Position numbers and translations under genes: made by a program
Notes under the pieces: generated by a model
What the model saw: only the letters and a program-made list of their open reading frames with translations
Told to the model about the DNA's origin: nothing
Database searches by the model: none
Shown: piece by piece, positions 1-11,543 of the stretch
How the letters are laid out: each line of letters begins with the position of its first letter
How positions within the stretch are numbered: position 1 is the stretch's first letter
Origin: Macrostomum hystrix
Lineage: Eukaryota > Animalia > Platyhelminthes
NCBI GenBank assembly: GCA_950097015.1
Contig: CATNEN010000002.1
Coordinates: forward strand, 5,642,001-5,706,000
Direction: 5' to 3'
Length of the DNA: 64,000 bases

Positions 1-3000
1 ACCTCAGCTTTGATTTTCACCTGTCAGTGGATTAGTAACTAGTTTTATTATAAAGCGGAGGGGAGAGTCGCACAGACAGCACACAATGCATCTGATGGCG
101 GCACACACCTGAGTATTAGTTAGCCACCTGGCCACCTTCTCCATGAACACCAGGTCCACCATGTGGTTGCGGAACTGCTCCTCGAACTCGCGCACCTTAG
201 CGTTGGCAGCGTCCAGCCGCTTCTTTTCCATGCCCTCAAGCTCCGACAGGATGCCTGACTCGGCCGCGTCCACCCGGCTGGTCATTTTGTCCAGCCGCTT
301 GCGATAGTCGTCAACCTCCTCCGGGCAGAAATTGCCGCCCTCGGAGAACAGCTTGAAAGACTTCACGAATCTGGCGTTAGCCTCGCGCAGCATCTGCAGC
401 TTGTTGTCCAGGCCCTGGCGGAACTTCCTCAGGCTGGTCCTGATGCTCTCCATCAGCGACTCAACTTCGGTGGTGCACTGGGCACTGAGGGTCACCAGTC
501 TGCAGTGTCAGTTGGGGGATGGGCTAATTAGCGAAGAAAAAACCTGAGATCTGGGATCTGAGATCTGGGATCTGAGATCTGGGATCTGAGATCTGGGATC
601 TGAGATCTGGGATCTGAGATCTGGGATCTGAGATCTGGGATCTGAGATCTGGGATCTGAGATCTGGGATCTGAGATCTGGGATCTGAGATCTGGGATCTG
701 AGATCTGGGATCTGAGATCTGGGATCTGAGATCTGGGATCTGAGATCTGGGATCTGAGATCTGGGATCTGAGATCTGGGATCTGAGATCTGGGATCTGAG
801 ATCTCTAGGGCGCTTACTTTGCAGACTTTGTCGCGCTAGTGTAAGCTTCAGTCATGCCATCAATCTTGGTGGTGAAATTCGTCATCAGCCGCTCGTGCTC
901 TTCGTTCATGGAGGCGAATTCGGCTTTCATCGCGTCCAGAGTCTGCTGCACGCCCTTCGTGTGCCGAGTCACTCGCTCGGAGTGAAGCACCAGTTCAGCG
1001 GCGCGCACATTGTGAACGTCCAGCTCTGCGCGACGCGGTCGCGGCTCATGCAAGTGCAGACGAAGGCGCAGCTCGGCCTCCAGCTCCTCAGATTTGGCGC
1101 GGACAATGCCGGCGCCGCGTTGAGTCGCCTCCGGACGCCAGGAGTCCACAAAGTCGAGGAAGTTCTGGCGGATGCTGCGTGAAGGAATCGAGGAATGTGA
1201 GACATCGGAAAGGAATCTGACATCAAGATTCGGGGATCTGGGATCGGGGATCTGGGATCGGGGATCTGGGATCGGGGATCTGGGATCGGGGATCTGGGAT
1301 CGGGGATCTGGGATCGGGGATCTGGGATCGGGGATCTGGGATCGGGGATCTGGGATCGGGGATCTGGGATCGGGGATCTGGGATCGGGGATCTGGGATCG
1401 GGGATCTGGGATCGGGGATCTGGGATCGGGGATCTGGGATCGGGGATCTGGGATCGGGGATCTGGGATCGGGGATCTGGGATCGGGGATCTGGGATCGGG
1501 GATCTGGGATCGGGGATCTGGGATCGGGGATCTGGGATCGGGGATCTGGGATCGGGGATCTGGGATCGGGGATCTGGGATCGGGGATCTGGGATCGGGGA
1601 TCTGGGATCGGGGATCTGGGATCGGGGATCTGGGATCGGGGATCTGGGATCGGGGATCTGGGATCGGGGATCTGGGATCGGGGATCTGGGATCGGGGATC
1701 TGGGATCGGGGATCTGTGATCGGGGATCTGGGATCGGGGATCTGTGTGACTCACGCAATCTTGGCTTCCAAGATGATCCGCCTCGGCACGGCTGCACTAC
1801 GCACATTCTCGTCCTCCTCCGCCGCCTTATCGGTAGCGTCGGCAGGCAGCAGGGTGATGTAGCCATGCTTCTGCTGCTGCTGCCCCGGCTGCTGTGGTTG
1901 GCCTTGTTGCTGCAGCAGCTGCGTTGACGACTGTGTTGGCTGCTGCTGCGACAGCTGTTGAAGGCTCTCGGCATCTGGAGGAGGAATTCCGTGGACGCCG
2001 GCCTCCGTGAGGACGCGAAACTCGGAGCCGCGACTGGTGAAGAGGATTTCGCGGAAGGCGGTGCGGATCCACTCGTCCTCCTACGCTCAACATTTGTGGA
2101 AATTCGCGTGCTTTATGATTTTGCTAGAATTGAACTACTGTATGTAGAGTTGTGTGGAGTATTAAAAAACGCAGAGATGTTCAAATAAGTTCTTAAAAAA
2201 TCGATGGAAGAAATATTTCGGTCAGCCTTCAAATGCATTGTAAGCTTTGGTTCTGTGTTTTTTACTTTATTCCTTCCATGCGTGTCATCGAGGCTCATTT
2301 TACGCACAAATAAACAGACTGTTTTAATATCAGACCAGCCTCAACTGTCTACTGACCACTTTACTTCTTCCAATGGTCTGCTCAAGCATAAACTGTTTTG
2401 ATAAACATTGCACACTGTCCCCAGCTCTTTCAGTTTCTGAGCACTGAAGTGTGCTCACACAAAAAAGCTGTCAGCATGTTGCAGGCAACGCCCTGGGCGT
2501 ATAGCCAGACAGGGTGGGTGCCGAGTCTAGTTGCTAGCCCTTCGTTTCATTTATTTAATGCTCCGAATTAGACAAATCTAGAAGATAAATAGGTATGTAT
2601 GGGTAGAGAGAGATGCGAGACATTCCTCACAATGGACCTGAGCGTGCATTCCCACCCTCACTTCTGAGTCTAAAGGTCTGCAAGAGGCTGCATTGGAAAG
2701 GGTCTTCTGGCATTGCAAACATGGCCACCCTGGCAATGGCGAAGAATGGTCTCTGTCTTCCCTCTCTCTGGCCTGTCCAAGCCCGTATAATAAGCCGAGA
2801 ATAGGCTTGGATGCAAGCTGGGCTATCAAAGGACGCGGTTGAGAAGCCAGGACTCACTCACTCAGAGCAGCGATAATATGGAGCAGAGCAATGGAGAGAT
2901 GGAGCGGCCTCACAGCATTCCCTTCGAGCCTCGCGGCAAAGTGCAGTGCTTCGAGATCCTCCTTGACAGGCACGACGGCCCCAACGGCATCGGCATCTAC

Positions 3001-4729
3001 GCGCCGGGCGACCAGCTGACGGGGCACGTCAGGCTCGAACTGTCCCAGCGACTGACGGTGAATAACCTGGACCTGCTGGTTCAGGGCACCGGCAATGCGG
3101 CCTGGCGCCTGCGAACTCTGCAAGGTGACGAACTTGTCTCTGACGATGAAGTCTATTTGAACGAGATTGCTGAACTGGTCGGCAAGCGGAGCAATGAGAT
3201 GGTGACTCTGTCACCTGGAGAACACCTGTTCCCGTTCGCCTGCGACCTGCCGTGGGATCTGCCGGCCACGTTCACCGGCTCGCATGGCAACGTGTCCTAC
3301 CTGGTCAAGGTGGTCATCCAGGCCGACCGGAACGAGCCAACGCATCGGGAGCCCTGCGTGACCACCAACATCTTCCTGGTGGAGTCTCGCCTATCGTTGG
3401 AGGGCCTCGGCGACCACTTGAACTCCTACAAGATCGACTACAAGCACCCGGTGAAGACCTCAGGGCTCAGCACCGGCTCCAACTCCATCAAGGTGTCGCT
3501 CTTCATGCCGAGGCGTGCCTACGACATCGGTGACAACGTCGTTGTGAACCTCAGCCTGACAAACGCGTCGCGCAAGGCTGTGAATAACATGAGTCTGGCG
3601 CTGGTTATGGAGGCCAACTATCGGGTGCGGGATCGGGTCAACACCGAGCGATTGCTGGTGGCCGATCACGAGGACAAATTTGTCGTGCGTCATCTGGAGA
3701 GTAAGCGCACGCTCCATAGCTGACATTTTGCCAGAGATTGCCTACTCAAAGTAGTTTACTTCTTCTCAAAGTAGTTGTTGAAATATTTTCTCTAGAAAAC
3801 CTTGAAAAATAACTTTCCACAGGTCGTCAATGGCGACACGTCTGCTTGGCTGTACCCCGATGCATCCCGCCGAGTGGCCTGCCGCACTCGAGCATCATCA
3901 GCATTAAGTACTGGCTGGTGTTCAAGGCCGAGCTGGAACGCAGCCAGGAGAACGTCATGCTGCAGACGCCAGTGCTCATCGGGCTGCAGCTGCCGGACGA
4001 GATGAAGCTGGACACAATCGACGGCAGTCTGCTTGGCGAGATCGCCGCAGGCAGCGAAGGAGCCAGTCGCACAGTCGGCTCTGCTCGCATTCTATACCAG
4101 GGTCGACAGGAGCCGCAGGTCGACCTGCGTGCCGCTGCGCCCGCCTCCTCGACGGGAACGAGGCAGCAGCAGCCACTGCAGCAGCCGTTGTATGTTGAAG
4201 TCTCGCAGCAGCAGCAGAGGCCGTCGCCGCGGCCTCAGAGGTCGCAGCAGCCTCAGCAACAGCAGCAGCAGAAGCAGCAAATGCTTCAGCCGCCAGTGTC
4301 ACGAAACGTTTACCAAGTGGTCCAAGCGCCCCCGAAGCAGCAGCAGCAGCATCGACGGCCTCAAGGATCGCCAGACTCTCAGGTGATCACAATGAAATTC
4401 GCTGACGAGCTGGACGACCACCACAGCCCGTATGGACAGCGGCCGCTGCTAAGTTATGCTGATCGGCACGACGGAGACAGTCTGGGGCGGCCGCAGCACC
4501 ACCCACTCGCAGCCAACGTGTCGCGCAACCCGCTCTACTTGCCGGACGAAGACGTCGCTGGGCCGAGCGGCGACCGCGGCAACAACGGAGTCGAAAACGG
4601 CGCCCGCGACAGACGCCACGGCGGTGACGACTATGGCAACGGCAGAGACGGAGGAGCGGTCGAGCGGGAGATGGCAGCACTGGACGCCAGCATCGCCAAC
4701 GCAGCCGATGAGGAAGTTCTCTACTGAGA

Positions 4730-4772
<43 letters not shown>

Positions 4773-7700
4773 CAAAACTGAACTGCTGAGATACTAAAAA
4801 TATTATCTTTAAATGAAAAAGCTTGCTACCTTTAAAATGAAATAATTTTTTCTTAAATAAAGAAATAAGTTTTCTGAACAAGCTTCAATTAAAGGCGTTA
4901 TGATCTCAAGTTTAATATATCACCAATTTGATTTCCTTTGTAGTGTTTAATAACCGACATGTAATACTGCTGTCTTAACAAAAGCTATGGACGATGTATG
5001 TATGTATAGCTCGTTCTGCTACAATAGAAAATAGAATAAACTGCGAGTAGTCGCATATTTTTCGACTATTTAACACACATGGTACACAATGTCTTATAGA
5101 TTCAATTGCCCCGTTGTGAATTCATAACATTAATTCTGTGTGCCGTCAAATGTTGCTTTAATATGAGCCGTATTTCTTTTTTTGCTTTCAGCTTCTAATA
5201 AAAAAACTATTTGTTGGATGCGTGTTGAAATTTCCTAAAAACCATTTGTCTGTTCTTAATTTTGAAAGGTACTTCCTCAGATTTTATAATTATCCCCTCA
5301 GCTTGATAATCATTCACACAGTTTGATAATTGTACCCTCAGTTTGACAATCATCCACTCAGCTTGATAATCATCCCCTCAGTTTGATAATTATCCTATCA
5401 AGTTTGATAATTATCCTATCAAGTTTGATAATTATCCTATCAAGTTTGATAATTATCCCTCAGTTTGATAATTATCACCTCAGTTTGATAATTATCCTAT
5501 CAGCTTGATAATCATCCCCTCAGTTTGATAATTATCCCCTCAGTTTGATAATTATCCCCTCAGTTTGATAATTATCCCCTCAGTTTGCTATAGATTGCTA
5601 CTAAAAAAATTGCTACCACGCCCACGATCGCTACTATGAGTAGGCTAATTCAGCAGAATGATGCGGCTTCACTCACCTCAGACAGGCGGGCCTCCTGCGC
5701 GGCTTTGATCTTGGCTAAATCCGTCGGCTTAAGTGCGGCTTTGCTCTTCCTCTTCTCAACCTGTTTGAGAAGCAAAGTAGTGCTTTAATCAATAAATTCA
5801 ATATTTCTCTTATTCGTATAGATGTCCCAAGTATCAAATAAAAATATCTAGCTAGTTGGTGCCTTCGATCGATAGGCTGTTATCAGTTGTGTCATGGAGT
5901 GAGGTGGTCGTTCAGATAGTGCCAAGGAGTGAGGTGGTCGTTCAAATAGTGTCAAGAAGTGGGGTGGCCGTTCAGATAGTGCCAAGGAGTGAGGTGGTCG
6001 TTCAGATAGTGTCAAGGAGTGGGGTGGTCGTTCAGATAGTGTCAAGGATGAGGTGGTCGTTCAGATAGTGTCAAGGAGTGAGGTGGTCGTTCAGATAGTG
6101 TCAAGGAGTGGGGTGGTCGTTCAGATAGTGTCAAGGATGAGGTGGTCGTTCAGATAGTGTCAAGGAGTGGGGTGGTCGTTCAGATAGTGTCAAGGATGAG
6201 GTGGTCGTTCAGATAGTGTCAAGGATGAGGTGGTCGTTCAGATAGTGTCAAGGAGTGGGGTGGTCGTTCAGATAGTGTCAAGGATGAGGTGGTCGTTCAG
6301 ATAGTGTCAAGGAGTGGGGTGGCCGTTCAGATAGTGTCAAGGATGAGGTGGTCGTTCAGATAGTGTCAAGGATGAGGTGGTCGTTCAGATAGTGTCAAGG
6401 ATGAGGTGGTCGTTCAGATAGTGTCAAGGAGTGGGGTGGCCGTTCAGATAGTGTCAAGGATGAGGTGGTCGTTCAGATAGTTGTCAAGGAGTCAAAAAAT
6501 CTAGCTAGTTGGTGCCTTCTATCGAAGAAAAGCAGTACAAAATATATAATCAAAGTGAAAAGTGATTTCAAATTGTCAATGGAAAACACAACAACGACAG
6601 GACATGCATAATGTTTAAAATAAAAAGTAGGTGTAAGATATGTGACTACTAGCATACAAGGAAGTGACTTGCAAATAGTTCTAATCCGACTAGACATAGG
6701 AGTAAAATATGATCTACTATTATTCAAAATCTGAATATTTGTCACAAACCTCAGCTTCAGAATTGGAAGTAGGAGCGACGTTTTCGTGCTCAACCTTATC
6801 GGTTGCTGATTGGTCAACGGTTGAATCCTCAGATTTGGGCTACTCAGATGGGGCGGATTGAGAATCAGATATTGACTTTTAGCAATACCTATAGGTGTAA
6901 AACACTTTGGATGAGTAATGGAGTGAGGTGGTCGTTTAGATAGTGCCATGGAGTGAGGTGGCCGCTCATCTGGTGTCAAGGAGTGAGGTGGTCGTTTAGA
7001 TAGTGTCATGGAGTGAGGTGGTCGTTCAGATAGTGCCAAGGAGTGAGGTGGTCGTTCAGATAGTGCCAAGGAGTGAGGTGGTCGTTCAGATAGTGCCAAG
7101 GAGTGAGGTGGTCGTTTAGATAGTGTCAAGGAGTGAGATGGTCGTTCAGATAGTGCCAAGGAGTGAGATAGTCGTTTAGATAGTGTCAAGGAGTGAGGTG
7201 GTCGTTTAGATAGTGCCAAGGAGTGAGGTGGTCGTTTAGATAGTGTCAAGGAGTGAGGTGGTCGTTTAGATAGTGCCAAGGAGTGAGGTGGTCGTTCAGA
7301 TAGTGTCAAGGAGTGAGATAGTCGTTCAGATAGTGCCAAGGAGTGAGGTGGTCGTTTAGATAGTGTCAAGGAGTGAGATGGTCGTTCAGATAGTGCCAAG
7401 GAGTGAGATAGTCGTTTAGATAGTGTCAAGGAGTGAGATAGTCGTTTAGATAGTGTCAAGGAGGGAGGTGGTCGTTTAGATAGTGTCAAGGAGTGAGGTG
7501 GTCGTTCATCTGGTGTCAAGGAGTGAGGTGGTCGTTCGGATAGTGTCAAGGAGTGAGGTGGTCGTTTAGATAGTGTCAAGGAGTGAGGTGGTTGTTCGGA
7601 TAGTGTCAAGGAGTGAGGTGGTCGTTTAGATAGTGTCAAGGAGTGAGGTGGTTGTTCGGATAGTGTCAAGGAGTGAGGTGGTCGTTCAGATAGTATCAAG

Positions 7701-10700
7701 GAGTGATGTGGTTGTTCGGATAGTGTCAAGGAGTGAGGAGGTCATTCAGAAAAGTGTCAGTAAGTGAGTAATTGATGCCATAGATGGCTGTCTTAAAAAG
7801 TTGCCACTGAGCCAAGAAGGATGGGGCCATTATTACACATAAAATTATCAAAGCTCTCACCTTCTTCTTGTCAGCCCTCTCCAGACCGAAATACTCGCAG
7901 ACAAGCCGCTCAAGATTGTCCACCTCTTCGTCAACCAGTTTCGGATAAGTGCGCACCTCAATCAGCTGTTCGTCTTTGAACTTTTTATAGGTGGCCTCAA
8001 TGGTCTTCAACGTCTCCAGAGCGCGGCCCAACTGGTGCTTCAGGCCCACCTCTGTGGACTCCTGCCGCAGCTTGTCCATGATGACGTCAAGTTGAGCTTC
8101 GCGCTCCTGGTTCTGCCTGTTGTGCTGCTCTCGATTGGCATCCAGACGTTCAACCAGGGTGCGCTCGAGGCCCGCCAGCGCCAGCTGATGCCGGTCCCAC
8201 AGGTGTGAGGCGCCCTGCGCCAGTTTGTACAGCGATTTCAGCTGGACAGTGACTCGTTTGGCGTTGGCTTCAAACAGGCGCTGGATCGGTTGTAGTTTGA
8301 TTTGAGGTGAGATAATTAGAGTGGGGCTGAGAGGAAGGTAATTAGAGGTGGGGTTGAGTTGAAGGTAATTAGAGGTGGGGTTGAGTGAAAGGTATTTAGA
8401 GGTGGGGTTGAGTGAAAGGTATTTAGAGGTGGGGTTGAGTGAAAGGTAATTAGAGGTGCGGTTCAGTGGAAGATAATTAGTGTGGTGTTGGGTTGGAGAT
8501 AATTAGAGTTGGGGTTGAGTTTAAGGTATTAGAGGTGGAGTTAAGTTGAAGGTAGTTAGAGGTGGGTTGGTGGAGGATTACTAGATGTGGTGTTCAGTGG
8601 ATGGTCGATTATAGAGGTCGAATAAAGCGCAGGTAACCGATACCCCCTCTAGCACTCACATCGAGAGCTTCTAGTCGGTCCTCGAAGACCCTCTGCTGGG
8701 CGCTGATGAGCGGCAGGCAGCGCTCCTTGACCATGGTGTCGGCCTCTGGCTCAGTGGAGACTCCGTCGCTGATTAGCCCCTGCTTGAGCTGCTCCATGGC
8801 TTCAAGGCAGCGTTGGCAGACTCGCTCATAATCTTCGTACACCTGCTGCAGGTACTTCTGGTTCACTTCGTCTGTTTGGCATTGTGTGATTTAGTTTAGA
8901 TTGATTTCGGCCCAAATTCGGAATGCTCACAGAAGGAAACGGCTTTCAGGAGCATGGACTCACCGAGCATCTTGCACACCTGCTGCATCTTCTGGTACCA
9001 GGCTGCCACGCCAGATTTGCAGGCCTGCGGCGGCGCCAGGGAGCACAGCTCCTCAATGAGCTGCAGGCGGTGCGAATTGATCTCTGACTGCTCGGCTCGC
9101 ATCCGGCTGAGAATGGACTCCAAACTGTCCGGAGATTGCACCTGGGGAGAAAGTGGCGAGCTAATGGGCTGGAAAAGACATCTCGATTTAGAAAGGACGC
9201 CTAGATGTACAGCCGCTGGCTACTAATGAGCTTGTAGCCTTGTGGTTAGAGCGTCCGGCTCACGACTTGAAGATCGGGGGTTCGATTCCCAACTCCACTG
9301 GAACATTTTGTGCCCTTTAACAAGACACTTAACTCAACATTTGCTTCAGTTCAAACAACTTTTTAATAGATACCAGCATTAGCTGGGGTAAGTCAATGAA
9401 CTGAACAGCGGTACACCGCCTTCAGATGCGCCGCGCAATAGCTGCGGCTGTGCTGTCGGCTGCACGTCTGGCCCAATTGGGGCAGGTGTAATCCATTATT
9501 CCGTTCCGTCGATTAATGTTACTATAAGAGCTGGTTGACGATGAGAACAGGACTCAAGAACTCACCTGCGGACTCTGCATGAACTGGTGAAACCCGGCCA
9601 CGGCAACCTCCACGTGTCCGGCGCGCCATTCGACAATCTTGTCCTGCCACTGGGTCCGCAGACGCTTCTCCCGGTCCAGCTCCGACATCGACAGGCGAGC
9701 GTTGAGATCGGCGAAGCTGCGCTGGTTGCCAAGGAGGGTCTGGTTCATCTGGACGGCTTCATCGTCCACGATTCGATGCAGTTCAGCTGGCGCCAAGTGG
9801 CTGACCCGTTCCAGGACTTCGCTGTAGGAGCGGAACACTTTGCGGATCTCGGCGACGCGGTCGGACTCGATGGCTGCGAATTTTGGGAGCTTCTATTGTA
9901 TGATTTCGCAGAGTTTCCAGCATTTTCTCAGGTGAGTTTTTTTCTGAGTGGGGTTTCTGAGGGTATATTCGTGCACAACGCAAGCACACGAAACTCAATA
10001 ACACCGGCCAACTGTTTGTTGCGCATCTTCTGAAACAAGAATCATGTCGCCAGCTCTTCTGACTGTCGAGGTATTCAATGGTTCTGGCCGAAGGTCAGAT
10101 TTTTCTCATAAGCGCTAGTGTATTTCATGCACCCCTTTTCACAAATCAGGCCTTGCCAGGCCTTCACAATTTATCAGCCCGTCACCCGAATGTGCCTGCA
10201 TTATCTCTGTCTTCGGTCATCCCCTACCTTTATCTAGACGGACTGCTGGACCTTCAAGAGCTACAACAGGTGGAACTAGGTCACTATCAATCCAATCTCT
10301 CCAATCTCATTGATCAAACTTAAGTATTAGTCGGAGCTCAACGACAGGACACCCTCGCCTAGTCTGTCAACCAATCAGTCACCAACCAACGCTGTTAGCA
10401 TTTGGGCGCTGCCAAAACCCCCCTTGGTATAAAACAGGCGGCAAAATATCTTGGTAGTCCAACTGTTAAAAGCGACGCACTCTCGACCTGAACGTCGGGG
10501 GTTCGATTCTTAAATCCACACTTTAGCTTAGTCATTAAGGGTGGGTGTGGCGTCTCCCCAGAATCTTCCAATCCAGCACAGGTGGGGAGCAAATCAATCA
10601 GTTGAAATCCTCACCAAGCAGGTCGTCGTCCAGCCTGGCGATGGCCTCGCGCCTTTTAACAAAGACCTCGGCCGCGCCATTCCACAGGCCGAGCAGCTGG

Positions 10701-11543
10701 TGCTGATCCAGCGCCATCAGAGCCTCCGAGCTGGCCAGCGGGCCGAGCTGACGGTTCAGCTCTTCGTCGAGTTTGTTCAGCTCCTCGTGCAGGCGCTGGC
10801 AACGCTCGACGATCATTGGTTCGAATCCGACGCCGATCTGGTAGAGCTCCTGGTGCATCTCCTCCAGGGTGAGGTTGTGCCGCTCTCTGCGTTTCTCTTT
10901 GATCCGATCGATGACGTCAGAGCGGAGTTTCGATGGACGAACCTGGATTCGCGACGCGCATTTTGAACCGCTCATTGTATTTTGTATATATCCGATATGT
11001 TGCGAAAAAAATGGTTAAACTTCTCACCTGATCAGGCAGGTCGGCCACTTCATTGGCGTGCTTGCCCGACTCGGTCTCGGCTGTCACCAGGTCCAGCCAC
11101 TCCGCCGTCTGTCTGGCCACCACCGGATTCTCAGTCCGGGTGTCGTTCTCCTGAGCTCGAATCCATTCCGCCTGACGGCCGCCCAGCATGCCGCGGGAGG
11201 TCGCCACGGCCGGGGCGTTTCGCACCACCGGCAGACTAAGATCCCTGGTGGACTTCACCTGCTTCACGGCCGGTTTGTTCTCGCGCCACCACCTCGTGCC
11301 GGCCAGCTGGTCTGTCAGCTGAACCTCAGCCTCGAACAGCTGGCGATAGACTTCGTCGTTGCGCAAAACCTTGGAGCCGTCGGTTGGGGCTGGACGCTTT
11401 GCCTGCAGGCTGGTGTGGCCGCTGCGGGTGATGCCCGAACGCTGCTGCTGCTGTTGCTGTTGCTGAGGCGGAGGCAGCGACGGCTCATCGAAGCCGTTTG
11501 GTCCCATCGCCCCAGCGGTTGGATAGGCCAACTCCACTTCCAT
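1..11543 (-). CDS. CCDC180: Coiled-coil domain-containing protein 180 (CFAP76), 5' part; gene continues beyond position 1
   Basis: Exons (minus strand, GT-AG, phases consistent): 11028-11543, 10615-10942, 9566-9873, 8964-9141, 8660-8871, 7861-8280, 5677-5760, 1755-2080, 818-1174, 109-499, <1-20. Peptides IVDDEAVQMNQTLLGNQRSFA, HLHEPRPRRAELDVHNVRAAEL, KLFSEGGNFCPEEV and QVKIKAEV match recalled vertebrate CCDC180 motifs (HLHQPR...DIHNVRAAEL, RLFSEGGNFS). Confidence 0.9.
545..803 (+). repeat. 14-bp minisatellite (GATCTGA-GATCTGG)n filling a CCDC180 intron
   Basis: Near-perfect tandem array inside intron 500-817. Confidence 0.95.
1231..1743 (+). repeat. 14-bp minisatellite (GATCGGG-GATCTGG)n in a CCDC180 intron
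   Basis: Near-perfect array inside intron 1175-1754; source of the spurious PDPRSQI and GIWDRGS ORFs. Confidence 0.95.
2878..4727 (+). CDS. Alpha-arrestin (arrestin domain-containing, ARRDC/TXNIP-like), nested antisense in CCDC180 intron 2081-5676
   Basis: join(2878-3700,3823-4727), 1728 nt, phase-1 GT-AG intron. Arrestin_N motifs (YAPGDQLTGHVRLEL, LSPGEHLFPFACDLPWDLPATFTGSHGNVSYLVK) and Arrestin_C motifs (LFMPRRAYDIGDNVVVNLSLTNAS, IPPSGLPHSSIISIKYWL), followed by a Q-rich tail. Confidence 0.9.
4731..4769 (+). repeat. (CTG)13 microsatellite 3 nt after the arrestin stop codon
   Basis: Read directly; stop TGA at 4725-4727. Confidence 0.95.
5290..5585 (+). repeat. ~20-bp minisatellite (CAGTTTGATAATTATCCCCT)n
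   Basis: Tandem array at the 5' end of CCDC180 intron 2081-5676. Confidence 0.9.
5889..7755 (+). repeat. Two blocks (5889-6490, 6915-7755) of a 30-bp minisatellite GAGGTGGTCGTTCAGATAGTGTCAAGGAGT
   Basis: Same unit in both blocks, separated by ~420 bp of AT-rich unique DNA, in CCDC180 intron 5761-7860. Confidence 0.95.
8310..8600 (+). repeat. Degenerate G-rich minisatellite (AATTAGAGGTGGGGTTGAGTGAAAGGT-like)
   Basis: About 10 diverged units in CCDC180 intron 8281-8659. Confidence 0.85.
9235..9486 (+). mobile_element. tRNA-derived SINE, family 1, copy A (CORE/MIR-like central box)
   Basis: Box A-like TGTGGTTAGAGC, box B GGTTCGATTCC, then CCTTTAACAAGACACTTAAC, and a 3' block GCAATAGCTGCGGCTGTGCTGTCGGC...CCCAATTGGGGCAGG shared with the copy at 14031-14231. 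Confidence 0.8.
10455..10515 (+). mobile_element. Degenerate tRNA-like SINE head (family 1 fragment)
   Basis: GACCTGAACGTCGGGGGTTCGATTC resembles GACTTGAAGATCGGGGGTTCGATTC of copy A. Confidence 0.45.

Noticed and set aside
814-1974. 386-aa ORF reading through the PDPRSQI repeat
   Set aside because: Only 818-1174 is coding in that frame; proper splice sites flank the array and exon 1755-2080 uses another frame.
9235-9300. Possible tRNA genes (also 14165-14231 and 56340-56400)
   Set aside because: Box A/B-like motifs are present but there is no closing acceptor stem, and they run into shared SINE bodies.
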